The notes beneath the pieces are model-generated. The model was not told where the DNA came from and ran no database searches. It saw only the letters and a list, made by a program, of their open reading frames with translations. 64,000 nucleotides of DNA, taken from contig CAWCYI010000005.1 of the NCBI GenBank assembly GCA_963799845.1, positions 1 to 64,000 on the forward strand. The letters run 5' to 3'. Source of the stretch: an uncultured Nitrososphaerota archaeon (GTDB taxonomy: Archaea; Thermoproteota; Nitrososphaeria; Nitrososphaerales; CADDZS01). The position numbers and the translations under genes are program-made. This document shows positions 28,987 through 39,297 of this stretch, one piece after another. Positions within the stretch are counted from its first letter, which is position 1, and every line of letters begins with the position of its first letter.

Positions 28987-29109
28987 GTTCAGGTCAAGAG
29001 AGTATTCGGCATCGAGCAATTCCTCCAACTTCAGAAGTTTGCAGAAAGCTAGCATCTCCCCTCAGATGGAACAAATCTTCCAGCAGCTAGCTGGTTTTTG
29101 TTGGCTGCA

Positions 29110-29580
29110 TCAAAAATTACCTTTCAACAATACTTCGTAGTCTTGATGTGACAAGTCAATTTTCTTATTAGGAAATCTAGCAACAACGGCATTCGATATT
29201 ATCTGACCCAGACTCACGAGCTTAAAGGAGTTATTTCGAAGATCGATTAGTAGGACAGCAACTTTGAAGCCCATGCTGTGAAGAGCGTAACCTTTCATAA
29301 ATTGCGGTATTGTAACCTTGAATTCTCTATTTCTGTGATTTGCTCTAATTTGTTCAGAGCTTTTTACCTCGATGAGCCAATGAATTCCTTTCCGAACACA
29401 ATGAAAATCGAAGGAAGATACAAGCCGTATCCAAGGCCACGTGGAAGATTCCATTCGGTCGACCATCTGTTCTCGATCCGGAAAATGAACTATTGCAAAT
29501 TCTTTATCAGTCAATATGTGTCTCGCTATTTCTTCTTCTCCTCTGTTTCCGATTTTCCAGTATTCCATTCCTTTGTACAA
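29110..29580 (-). CDS. PD-(D/E)xK nuclease (DUF3883/NOV_C-like)
   Basis: GNRGEEEIA...FDF...LIEVKSS...VTIPQ; true start near 29568-29580 rather than 29691. Confidence 0.7.
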   Translation of the reverse strand: MYKGMEYWKIGNRGEEEIARHILTDKEFAIVHFPDREQMVDRMESSTWPWIRLVSSFDFHCVRKGIHWLIEVKSSEQIRANHRNREFKVTIPQFMKGYALHSMGFKVAVLLIDLRNNSFKLVSLGQIISNAVVARFPNKKIDLSHQDYEVLLKGNF

Positions 29581-29615
29581 ATCTACGTCACGCCGTCTAA
29601 GTTTACGACATGAAG

Positions 29616-30077
29616 TCAATGAGTTGGAGCGCCGCATTGGGAGCAAGTGTTGTTTCTGAAGATATCGATAAGAGCCCCGCAGTATTTGCAAGGGATCTTA
29701 ATGATCTCTTTCTCAATTACGATAGTGGGAGAGATCGTGCTTGAGACAGGGATTCGGAGATTATTGATTTTAGTCACCCATTGTTCAGGGATCACCGCTA
29801 TATTGAAAGTGATTTGAGTTGTCCCAAATCCATTATTCGCATTCTTTGTCGTAATTAGAAGCTCCTGACCGCCTAAACGTGCATGCCTTGCGTTAACAGT
29901 TGTAACATCTCTAAGAGTAACGCCAAACTGATTAAATTTCTTGTGAATAACGCCTTCTCCATATTCAAATAAGATTCTCCTGTCAGTTAAGTAGAGCGTT
30001 CCCTTACGCCCTAGGAACGCAGCGATAGTTTGATCAATTTGCCTTTCTCCTTCAGCTAGGACTGGCAATAAGTTCAC
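29616..30077 (-). CDS. PH/GRAM-like domain protein with C-terminal Zn ribbon
   Basis: GTLYLTDRRILFE...WVTKIN; CKYCG...CSQCGAP. Confidence 0.75.
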   Translation of the reverse strand: MNLLPVLAEGERQIDQTIAAFLGRKGTLYLTDRRILFEYGEGVIHKKFNQFGVTLRDVTTVNARHARLGGQELLITTKNANNGFGTTQITFNIAVIPEQWVTKINNLRIPVSSTISPTIVIEKEIIKIPCKYCGALIDIFRNNTCSQCGAPTH

Positions 30078-30086
30078 TTACGACTT

Positions 30087-30413
30087 CTAGTTGAGCGGAG
30101 TACCGCATTTGTTACAGAATTTAGATCCTTCATTTGCAGAAGCCCCGCAATTATGACAGAATCTTCCGCTTGCTGCTTGAGGCGAGTAAGGTTGAGCTGC
30201 TGACAAATTAGTTTGTTTTTCAATTAATTTCGTACACATTAAGAAAGAGCCAGACTGAATAGCAAGAATGAATTGGGTTCCGCATTTCTGACATACCGCG
30301 TCTGGCTGGGCAATTTCTAACACATGACCTCCGCACTTTGGACATCTAGAACGTTTCAAGGCTAGCTCGAAATCCGCTCTTTGCTTCACTAATTGACGGT
30401 TATAGCGAGACAT
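30087..30413 (-). CDS. Double Zn-ribbon protein
   Basis: CPKCG/CQKCG and FCHNCG/FCNKCGTPL. Confidence 0.8.
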   Translation of the reverse strand: MSRYNRQLVKQRADFELALKRSRCPKCGGHVLEIAQPDAVCQKCGTQFILAIQSGSFLMCTKLIEKQTNLSAAQPYSPQAASGRFCHNCGASANEGSKFCNKCGTPLN

Positions 30414-30616
30414 TCAAAGAAAAGTGAAATTAAGAAACGTTATTCTTTACGAATTTAGCATCAAGAGTTGAAATCTTAGTATCACAAATACTTAGTACTT
30501 CAATCAGAATACAACGTGACGTTTGAAAAGGCAAAGGTGACCCACTTCCTTGATAAGAGCCAGATGATTCTCACTGCGGATCCTAAAATTGTGAAGCTGT
30601 CTGCTCATGGCATCGT

Positions 30617-31474
30617 TCAATTTTCCGTGTGGATCGAAGCCTCATTTTCATCAAACTTCCGTAGAAAAAGATCGGCGATTTCTTCAGGGTTTTTCTTTGC
30701 TGCGTCTTGATAGTTAATATTGGCACTGAGGCCGGGAACTATTACTCCCGAGAATCTTACTGGCAAAATATACTCGCCAGTCTTCAACTGTTTCGCCAAT
30801 GCACTCCTGCGCTCATGAGAGGTCCACATTTTCTTGATATATTCATCTGAAACAAACATAATACACCAAAGGGATTTCGCACTGAACACATCATCAAAGT
30901 ATTCTGCCATGTCTTTCCCCCACAGTGTCGCTTCTTGTTCACTATCTCGAAAAATTCTGAGTTGTTGTTTCTTCTCCTTCAAGTGTTTGTAAACACGTTC
31001 TACGTATTGCTCTTGCTCTCTTGCGTACGAAAGAGCAACATCGTAAACTATGTTTCTCGGCAGAATATCCGATGGTTCCCAAGTTGTGAGCCCGAATAAG
31101 TTCCCAATTTTCTTCACAAAGCTTTGAATGACAAATCTCTCGTTGGGATTCTCAATTCTTTCAAAGATGCCAGGCGCATCGCTTAGAAAAGATGCGAGCA
31201 ATTGTTCGCCATAAGCCGAGGATGAGGAAATGGATGTGAGTTGAAATCCTTCGCTTTTTCGTTCCAACAACAAGGCAGAGGAAGGAAATCCTGATCGTTC
31301 TATTATATCTCCGTTAGTAAGTTCCAAATTGAAAGGAGTTATTGACTGAATTTTCTTTACTGCATCAGTAAGAATAAAGTTGTAACCTTTGGGGGCTAAT
31401 ATAGCACTGAGCTCAGAAATTGTAAGCTCCTTCTTAGATGGAATCAGTAACCGACTATCAATAATCAATGTCAA
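30617..31474 (-). CDS. TIR-domain protein with an uncharacterised N-terminal domain
   Basis: YDVALSYAREQEQYVERV, IFRD, FVSDEYIKKMWTSHERRSA (catalytic Glu position retained), YILPVRF. Confidence 0.9.
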   Translation of the reverse strand: MTLIIDSRLLIPSKKELTISELSAILAPKGYNFILTDAVKKIQSITPFNLELTNGDIIERSGFPSSALLLERKSEGFQLTSISSSSAYGEQLLASFLSDAPGIFERIENPNERFVIQSFVKKIGNLFGLTTWEPSDILPRNIVYDVALSYAREQEQYVERVYKHLKEKKQQLRIFRDSEQEATLWGKDMAEYFDDVFSAKSLWCIMFVSDEYIKKMWTSHERRSALAKQLKTGEYILPVRFSGVIVPGLSANINYQDAAKKNPEEIADLFLRKFDENEASIHTEN

Positions 31475-31476
31475 AA

Positions 31477-31842
31477 CTAGCCCACCACGTACGAAGAAGA
31501 TTCCACTATGCTACGCCAGCTTTCGTGCAGAGCCGGAAAGTTGATCACTAGGATGAGGTGTTCCGAAATGCACCGTTCCACATCATTCGGACTAATACCA
31601 CTTCTTTCAAGAATCCGACTGTAATCGGAAACTCCTTGCCAGATGATATTCTCATATTTATTTTTGACTTCGTTGAGGGCAAAAGGATGCAGGATATTTG
31701 CAGCGAGAAGAAGATTCGATGCTTGTACCCACTCACCGCCGAAGGATCCGTGCAGTGAGTATATCCCCACTCTCGCATTCATATCGAGAATGCTTTCAAA
31801 AATCGAAATTTGGTAAGTATTGTTGGCTGCTCGGAGCATCAA
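31477..31842 (-). CDS. Hypothetical protein co-oriented with the TIR gene
   Basis: 121 aa; stop lies 2 bp before the TIR start. Confidence 0.6.
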   Translation of the reverse strand: MMLRAANNTYQISIFESILDMNARVGIYSLHGSFGGEWVQASNLLLAANILHPFALNEVKNKYENIIWQGVSDYSRILERSGISPNDVERCISEHLILVINFPALHESWRSIVESSSYVVG

Positions 31843-32580
31843 TTTGCTTTAACATGTTTGGACATTTTTAAATCGTGATATTCAAATTAAGAAAAGATTT
31901 ATTCAGAATAGGCTGTTTTCCCGCGGGGTGCGCGGCCGTCGCACGAGGAGGAGAGAGGTAATGTAGCTCTTACTGTAGGTCAGGCGTTGGGAACTGCGCT
32001 TGTTCGTAGGCATAGTATCGCCACGCAATTTTTTTCCCTCTGCTGTAATGGTACAGATTTTCATAATATCGGCGATGAATGGATTGTCCTGATTGGCGAA
32101 AAGAATGATAAGAAAATCACGTAGAAACCATCGAGAAATGAAAGTAACGTATAATCAGGAGAAATATCGTCAGTGCCTACTTTGTTCAACGGAACAGGAA
32201 GTAAGTCTCATCATTTCAGTAATTATGGAAATTTACATGGGAGGCAAATGGATCTGATTCTCAATAACGCCCCAGATGAGCAACGTAGAGAGTTAAGTGA
32301 ACAAAGCGGCATAGGTCAACAAATCCTAAATGACATAAAGAACATTGCAGAAATAATGAAAGCTACCTACACACAAGAAGGAAATCGTCGAAAGCGAACA
32401 ACATCCACATAATAAACCCCGAGAGGAAAACGGAAGTGATATACTTCGGGGGAGAATCTGGAGGTTTGGCCTCTTGAATCTGACGGGTATCATGCTGGGG
32501 AAGTTCGAATAGGTCCTTTCATCTTTGAGATCAAGTTTACAGTTGGTAATCGAGTCCACCTCAGCAGGGCTCAATCGGAA

Positions 32581-32850
32581 ATGGCACGAGTGAAGAAGTC
32601 GAATTATTTTGTATTGGTTATCGAAGATGCTGGGACCATCCATGATGCATTGCAAGAAGTAATAGATCTCCAAGAAGTGCAACCTGAAATAATTTCGCTA
32701 ATAGACGCTAGTTCCCCTTTTATTCCTGATATTTATTCAAAACTTGCTGTATTCCCAAACCCAGACGAGGTCGAGGCAGATATCGACGGTTATTGGGTAA
32801 AGAGAAAACTTTGGGAGGGAAAGGCGACCGTCAGCGATTGGCTTCGTTAA
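32581..32850 (+). CDS. Hypothetical protein
   Basis: 89-aa ATG ORF with globular composition. Confidence 0.45.
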   Translation: MARVKKSNYFVLVIEDAGTIHDALQEVIDLQEVQPEIISLIDASSPFIPDIYSKLAVFPNPDEVEADIDGYWVKRKLWEGKATVSDWLR

Positions 32851-33061
32851 AGGGATGAAAGGCATCCAAGAAGATGCAGGTAGAAATTGAGCTCGAGATC
32901 GGGATCAGAAAGGAATCCATTCAGAAGTCGTTGAGTGCCGCAATAGAGACTAAACACTGACACATTTTTTTGCTGGATTCGATTCCATTTTGGCGTAACA
33001 GCTGGCCCAATCCCAAAGCAGATAAATCATGCACGACGCGTAGGAAGAAGAGTGATCACCT

Positions 33062-33388
33062 ATGTCCGACTTTGACACCATCACCATTCCCCTTTGGTCT
33101 GAGTACCGTGTTTGGATCTCTGGTGAAGCCGACACGACAACAACCGGTGAGAGACGCCGAACACGTAAACTCACCCTCAATCAATACCGTACATCCGATG
33201 AGAAGGCTAGGTTTCTCAAAGCGTTCGAATCTCGTCACATGCGTGATCGCATCATCGATGAGAAAACAGCTCTCAAAGAAATTAAGACGTTCTCAATGTT
33301 TCCAGAAATTACGTTAGAAAACAAAGAAGGACAAGAGGCGTCGATCGTATTCACCGATGAAAAACGTACTGGAGCCGCGAGTGAGTAG
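33062..33388 (+). CDS. Hypothetical protein
   Basis: 108-aa ATG ORF with globular composition. Confidence 0.5.
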   Translation: MSDFDTITIPLWSEYRVWISGEADTTTTGERRRTRKLTLNQYRTSDEKARFLKAFESRHMRDRIIDEKTALKEIKTFSMFPEITLENKEGQEASIVFTDEKRTGAASE

Positions 33389-33743
33389 AATGACAAGAAC
33401 GGCAAACCTCGTTCTATTTACCATTACGCTAGGGCAAAAAGTCTAGACTCTGATTTCGTGGACAGTTTTCGCGATGCATTGAAACAAATCAAGGAAAGTC
33501 CGACGATCTTCCCTGAGTGAAGGTATCCGTTCCGTCGCCTTCGATCAGGACTTCATTCAGAAGAGATTCCGTGCGATAGCCCAAAGAAAATGGGGAAGGT
33601 AACACAAAAAATCCCCATCGTTTCTTCTCGTAGATTCTCGTCAGATATTGAAGTTGACCTATACTATTATTCTTAATCGATTTGCTATCCTGACCCAGAG
33701 TATGCCCGCATGTTTTAGTATTAGCTTTTGAATAATCAGTTTA

Positions 33744-34070
33744 GTGTCATTTGCAGACGACAGGGGATTCAACGGCGAAATCTCTCGGTGCATTGAGAAA
33801 GCCCTAGATTCGCTCGGCGAGGGTGTGAAGCAATCATTCTACTTCCAGATCAAAGAGAAATATGATCTTCCGAAAGAACAGTTTGCAAGCCGACCAACCG
33901 AGATTATCGAGCATCTTGAGGAAATACTTGGTCCAACAGGTTCATCGGTGGTTGAGCGGCTGATCGTGAGAGAAATCCGAAATATGTTTGGTCTTGAGTT
34001 TCGGGAAAATGTGAGTTTGTCCGAAGCTATTCAACAAGCAAGAGCGAGATTTCTGAAGGTCTCAGATTAG
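33744..34070 (+). CDS. NitrOD5/DUF3227-like archaeal protein
   Basis: IEKALDSLGEGVKQSFYFQIKEKY...RP..IIEHLEEILG..GSSVVERLIV. Confidence 0.7.
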   Translation: MSFADDRGFNGEISRCIEKALDSLGEGVKQSFYFQIKEKYDLPKEQFASRPTEIIEHLEEILGPTGSSVVERLIVREIRNMFGLEFRENVSLSEAIQQARARFLKVSD

Positions 34071-34255
34071 AATAGATTATTATCGACATTCTAGGCATAT
34101 CTTACCTTTGCCGCAAGCATGGTTCCAACCTGATGGCCAATCTGCTCAGCGGCAGAACATCATTTCGTTTTTCATAAGAAAGGATTTCGGCTCTCTATAC
34201 TGAACTCATAAAGAATAACGTTCCCAACGTTGAAATTCGATTTAGACTTTGTAGA

Positions 34256-35782
34256 TTGGTTTCAGTCGGAGCTATCGCAGCGATCGTCTTGCTATCAATT
34301 GGGCTAGGCGTGGCTTCATACTCTTATGTTGTTGCTTCTTCTAACGTCTCTTCACTCAGAGCTTCTTTATCGACCGAACAATCTCAAGTAACGTCCATCC
34401 CAGATCATCCTTTTACAACCACATTAACGTCTGATTCTACAACTACAGTAACCTCTACGTCCACAACTACAGTAACCTCCACTTCTACAAATACAGTAAC
34501 ATCAACTTTAATGAATGCAATACAAATACCATACCATGTCTCGCCTACTTCCAACACTTCTTCCTCTACTTCACAATCAACCACTTCGTCTGCCTCACCA
34601 TCTTGCGGAATTTACTCCACACCACTCAATAATGGCCCATACTTCCCACTCCCGCCAGCGGAATCAGCGTGGTTTTCAATAATTTCTTACAGTCAAGGCA
34701 CTCAACTCTCATTCAATATCGGGTCTAACACAAGCCTCACAGTGCAGGTCTTGGACTCGGCTCAGTTCTCATCGTTTCGATCCGGATTGGCATATGGATC
34801 AATTTACTCTCTCTGCAGCAACTCAGTTTCAGGTACTGTAGAACTGCCCGGAGCAGGAGATTATTACTTACTAACTACAAACGACCAATCAACTTCGGTT
34901 AGGGTCTACTACAGCTATTCCACAAGTCCAGTAGACATTCACTCTCTGAATGCGGTTCCAATCGCCACAGGCATTGCTGACTATGGTGTGGAGAACAATT
35001 CCGGTGTGTTGTCAGCTTACAAGGTTGCGGCAAGTCAGGTTCTTGCTCAGGCAACAATAAACTCCATCGGAGCCTACAACTCTTCAGTCAATTCGTATCT
35101 AGCGACATTGCAGTTGAACTTGGATCTCAGCGTGAATACGACGAGCGGGACTCAGGTGTTTTGGTTGCAAAACATTGGTTTCTTCCAAACGAATAAAAAT
35201 TACATGAATTTCGCTAACGAAATTTGGAATTTCTCGACGGAACACAGCACGCTCAGCAACTCGACCATTTCGGGAACAGCGGGCGACAATATCTCAAGGG
35301 GGACTCTCGCTTCCACATCAGGCTTCGGAACTCCATACTCTTTCCCTTTTACATTCGATTTTTTTACGAACGAGTCAGTTGTATCTAATGGAGTCCAAAT
35401 AATGATGGGTTACCAAATCTCAAGAGGGGCGCCTCAGGCAGAGGGAGTTTATGACACGATACAAATCAAGATAGCGGGAGTTACAGGAGCCGCCCTCACA
35501 GTCGATGGCTTTTCATTGCTCCCAACTGGTAACCTCAACGAAGCTGAGCTTGTCTTTGGGGGCCCGCCGGGTGGTATTTCCACTACATTCACATCAATGA
35601 ACTCATCTCTTGGCATGCAGTATATCCTGATCAATGGTGAGGTCACGCAACCTCAATCACTCTGGGAGTTCGGCAGTGCGACAGCGGAGGGCGCTTACAA
35701 TCTTCAAACAAATCTTGTGAATGGGACGCCTGTGGTAACAATTGGAAGGGTGGACTTTTTCCAAGACTACCTGCTTGGTTAA
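34256..35782 (+). CDS. Thermopsin-family acid protease, membrane-anchored, with Ser/Thr linker
   Basis: PIATGIADYG, LQLN, FWLQN, NEIWNFS, AELVFGG, FGSATAEGA; N-terminal TM helix. Confidence 0.88.
   Translation: MVSVGAIAAIVLLSIGLGVASYSYVVASSNVSSLRASLSTEQSQVTSIPDHPFTTTLTSDSTTTVTSTSTTTVTSTSTNTVTSTLMNAIQIPYHVSPTSNTSSSTSQSTTSSASPSCGIYSTPLNNGPYFPLPPAESAWFSIISYSQGTQLSFNIGSNTSLTVQVLDSAQFSSFRSGLAYGSIYSLCSNSVSGTVELPGAGDYYLLTTNDQSTSVRVYYSYSTSPVDIHSLNAVPIATGIADYGVENNSGVLSAYKVAASQVLAQATINSIGAYNSSVNSYLATLQLNLDLSVNTTSGTQVFWLQNIGFFQTNKNYMNFANEIWNFSTEHSTLSNSTISGTAGDNISRGTLASTSGFGTPYSFPFTFDFFTNESVVSNGVQIMMGYQISRGAPQAEGVYDTIQIKIAGVTGAALTVDGFSLLPTGNLNEAELVFGGPPGGISTTFTSMNSSLGMQYILINGEVTQPQSLWEFGSATAEGAYNLQTNLVNGTPVVTIGRVDFFQDYLLG
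34436..34507 (+). repeat. Three copies of a 24-bp coding tandem repeat (STTTVTST linker)
   Basis: TCTACAACTACAGTAACCTCTACG / TCCACAACTACAGTAACCTCCACT / TCTACAAATACAGTAACATCAACT. Confidence 0.85.
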
Positions 35783-35974
35783 AAAATTTAGTAGACTCCC
35801 GATCCAAGGGGTAACATAGGACTAAAAGGATCTGTCGTTCTATTCGTCGAGCAGATTGCCGTGCCTGAACAAATGCTTCTTTTGGAGATAATTTTTTCAG
35901 TTCCTCGCCGGCAGCATTTTCCCAATTCAGGAGAAAAAGACATGAAATCTGTTTTTTGAATCAAGCTGGTAACT

Positions 35975-35990
35975 AATCCCACCGGGCCCA
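35975..35990 (+). mobile_element. tRNA-3'-end-like 16-mer, candidate att site at the island boundary
   Basis: AATCCCACCGGGCCCA resembles the T-loop end, T-stem and acceptor stem of archaeal tRNAs; no 5' tRNA half precedes it. Confidence 0.5.
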
Positions 35991-36374
35991 AACCTAGTCA
36001 GTTGAAAGCCATGTGATTTTGGACAGTAAATTCGTGCTAAAATCCCAGAATCCCGCACTCACGAATGACCATCAGAATTTATCCAAACAGTAACCGTACA
36101 TTGACACCAGGATAGGAATGAAAGGCCCACACCTTTGGATCTCCTTGTTTTTGACCGACATTCGCAATTATCATAAAAAACGGGCCCACGGGGGGCCCTG
36201 ACCCACGACCCTCAAAACAAGAAGGCCCGATATCATGGTCAGGTGTCGGTCAAGAGTCCTATTGTAGTACTCATGATCTTTCCAAAAGGAGTTATCAAGA
36301 TAGCATTCAAAAATGGTGTTGCATTTAGGACACGTCTCGGCGCGCGATTAATCACTTCCGAAGCCCAAAAAACA

Positions 36375-37128
36375 TTACGAAAGAAGCTTCACTGCGCGGT
36401 CAGGGTATTCCGTGGTTAGCCCATCAGGCTTCAGAACATCAATAGCTAGCCTAATGTCAGCTATTTCATTGAAGGTCCAGCTGTTAAGTGCGAGTCCCGA
36501 AGAGTGAATGGTTTCGATCTCCTCGGCTGTCAGTGGGTCGCTCGCATCAAGTAGGTTACATCCTATCTCCTTCGCAAGAGGAATAAAATTGGACATTTCC
36601 CCTTCAAAGATTATTCCAGTTGTGGCTTCGGGAGCAATTGACCTAACTTTTCTAATTGCATCGACATCGAAAGATGTGATTTCGCAGTTTCGGAGCGCTG
36701 AATGTTTCTTCAGCATTTCAATTACTCTTCCTTCAATTCCGTCGTAAACGCTTGATCCATGTTTGATTTCCAAATCAAACCCCACCTTGTCCTTGTAGGT
36801 CAAAATCACCTCTTCCAAGCTGAGGTATCAATTGGCGATCATGACGTGCTCCAAACTTTGCAGCCGCATTCAGTTTTCTCAGCTCTTCAAACATCTTATT
36901 CTTGACTTCACCAATCCCGTCTGTAGTTCTCTCTAGAGTCCCATCGTGAATCACAACCGGCACATCGTCTTTGGATAGATGCACGTCAAATTCTATCAGA
37001 TCAGCCTTCATCTTGACCGCAAGATCAAAGGACGCGAACGTATTTTCTGGTTCGTATCCGCAAGCCCCCCTATGCGCTATGACGAGGGGCCTCTTACCTA
37101 AACGAAGGATTTCCAAACTCACTCCCAT
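36375..37128 (-). CDS. Glycerophosphodiester phosphodiesterase (frameshift near 36815)
   Basis: IAHRGA..PENT, IEFDV, VIHD, then LEIK...WTFNE...DGLTTEYPD in a second frame. Confidence 0.9.
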
Positions 37129-38155
37129 TCACCTTCGAAGCTGTCGGTTCATACTCAAGTCTTTTGGCGAAGTGGCACGCGCTGGAATGGTTCGGCAAGA
37201 TTTCCAATAATTTAGGCTCTTCAGTCCTGCATATTTCTTCGGCATAATGGCAGCGTGGATGAAAGGCGCATCCTGAAGGGATATTGGTCGGGCTCGGTGG
37301 CTCTCCTGTAATTTCGACGGCCAGAAGATTCTTTTTCTTCGGGTCCGGAACGGGAAAGGCCTCCATTAGCGTCAACGTATACGGATGGAGTGAATGCGAC
37401 AGGACATCATCTGTAGCCCCCACCTCGACGATTTTCCCCGCATAAAAAACCACGATCCTATCGCAAAGAAATTTCGCAAGCGAGATGTTGTGGGTGACAA
37501 AGATGTACGTCAGGTCGAACTCTTGCTGAAGTTCAATCAACAGGTTGATCACTTGCGACTGGACTGCGATATCCAAAGCACTTGTCGGTTCATCTAGTAG
37601 CACGATTGACGGTCTTGAAGCAAGAGCCCTGGCGATACTCACTCTCTGCTTCTGACCACCGCTGAGTTGGCTTGGATACTTGTCGAGGTACTCCGATCCG
37701 AGACCGACTCGTTCTATCGATCTTTGCACTCTCATGTCGACCTCCCTAGCGGACAGGTTAAGCATGTACAGCGACTCAGCTGCAATTTCGTGGACTTTCA
37801 TCGTTGGGTTCAGAGATGAATCTGGATCTTGGAATACCATCTGAATTTTCCCTATTGGTCGCTTCACTAATTTTCCATTGCTGAAGTAGGGTGTGCCATC
37901 AAAGAAAATTTCTCCATCGTTCGGTCTGGAGGTCATAGTGATGGCTCTAAGCAGGGTCGTCTTACCGGAACCACTTTCTCCAACAACACCCACCGTTTCT
38001 CCGCGGAACACCTTCATGTTTACTCGTTCAACGGCTCGCACGAGGTGCTTTCTCTTGATTAATCCTCGACCAGTGCTGACGGTAAATCGCTTGGAGACGT
38101 CCCTAAGCTCAAGAAGCGGCGTCTCGTTGGAATCAGTAAAGGGTACATCTGACAA
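37094..38155 (-). CDS. oppF: Opp/Dpp-type ABC ATP-binding protein (OppF-like)
   Basis: GESGSGKT, LSGGQKQR, LDEPTSALD, HPYT, GCAFHPRC. Confidence 0.93.
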   Translation of the reverse strand: MSDVPFTDSNETPLLELRDVSKRFTVSTGRGLIKRKHLVRAVERVNMKVFRGETVGVVGESGSGKTTLLRAITMTSRPNDGEIFFDGTPYFSNGKLVKRPIGKIQMVFQDPDSSLNPTMKVHEIAAESLYMLNLSAREVDMRVQRSIERVGLGSEYLDKYPSQLSGGQKQRVSIARALASRPSIVLLDEPTSALDIAVQSQVINLLIELQQEFDLTYIFVTHNISLAKFLCDRIVVFYAGKIVEVGATDDVLSHSLHPYTLTLMEAFPVPDPKKKNLLAVEITGEPPSPTNIPSGCAFHPRCHYAEEICRTEEPKLLEILPNHSSACHFAKRLEYEPTASKVNGSEFGNPSFR

Positions 38156-39297
38156 AGTGGTTTTTGGTCACCTCAACATAATTTAGATCTGACTTCACGC
38201 AGATCTCTTTCGCAAACCTGCATCTGTCATAGAACTTGCAACCCTCTATTTTCTTTGATAAATCTGGAATCGATCCGGGAATTGTTTCGAGTTTTCCTTC
38301 TTTCGACTTCGTCCCTCTTGGATAACACCGAATTAGTCCCTGCGTGTACGGATGGAGGGGATTAGAAAACAGCTCGTCTGTTCCGGCCTCTTCCAAGACC
38401 TTTCCCGCGTACATGACTACTATTCTGTCCGCCACCTGCGCTGCAACTCCGAGGTCGTGAGTAACCATCAGAACTGCCGTTCCAGTCTCGTCAGCTCAGC
38501 TTCCGCACGAGTTTCAGAATTTGGGCTTGCGTCGTAACATCGAGTGCAGTCGTGGGTTCATCAGCCAGCAAAAGTGAAGGGCTTAGCGAAAGTGCCATTG
38601 CGATCATCACTCTCTGTATCATTCCTCCGCTCAACTCGAACGAGTACCTCTCCGAAACCCTCTCCGGGTCTGGGATTCTAACGGCACTTAACCATTCAAT
38701 GACCTCGCTATGAACTTCATCGGATCTGAAATGTCTCTGAATTCCCAACGTACCGATTCGGGAAGAAATGAATCCACTACGATCCACGTCCACCGCCCCA
38801 GGTGACCTATCGTGAATCACGACATTCATTTGCTCTCTGTTCTCGCGAATCCTGATTGCTTCCGCCATTTGGTCTCCGATCCTTCTGACTGGAATGAGGG
38901 AGCTTAGAGGCTCTTGAAATATCATGGAGACCTCGGTCCCTCTGAGGCTTGTCATTTGATTGTTAGTAAGTTTTGTAATTTCTCTGCCTTTGTAGAAAAT
39001 GCTACCCTCGACATTCGCATAGGGAGGTAGGAGACGCGTAATAGCGAGTGCGAGCGTACTCTTACCGGAACCCGACTCGCCGACGATTACGGTAAACTCC
39101 TTCGGCTTCATTTCGAATGATACTCTATCGAGCGCAAGAACGAGACTTTTTTCTACTCTATAACTGACAGAGAGATTCTCCACCCTTAGTAGATTCTTCT
39201 CGGTCTCTATTTGCTCGGTCGCCAGTCCTTCTACACCCCAATTGCTTTTGCGATCTTCGATGTGACACCGGGCGAACCGATCGCGATAATTTTCCAC
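38133..39297 (-). CDS. oppD: Opp/Dpp-type ABC ATP-binding protein (OppD-like; frameshift near 38480)
   Basis: GESGSGKS, LSGGMIQR, ADEPTTALD, then VTHDLG...HPYT in a second frame. Confidence 0.9.

Noticed and set aside
31915-32040. GC-rich patch upstream of the TIR unit as a possible ncRNA
   Set aside because: No recognisable RNA family or extended pairing; an Infernal search would be needed.
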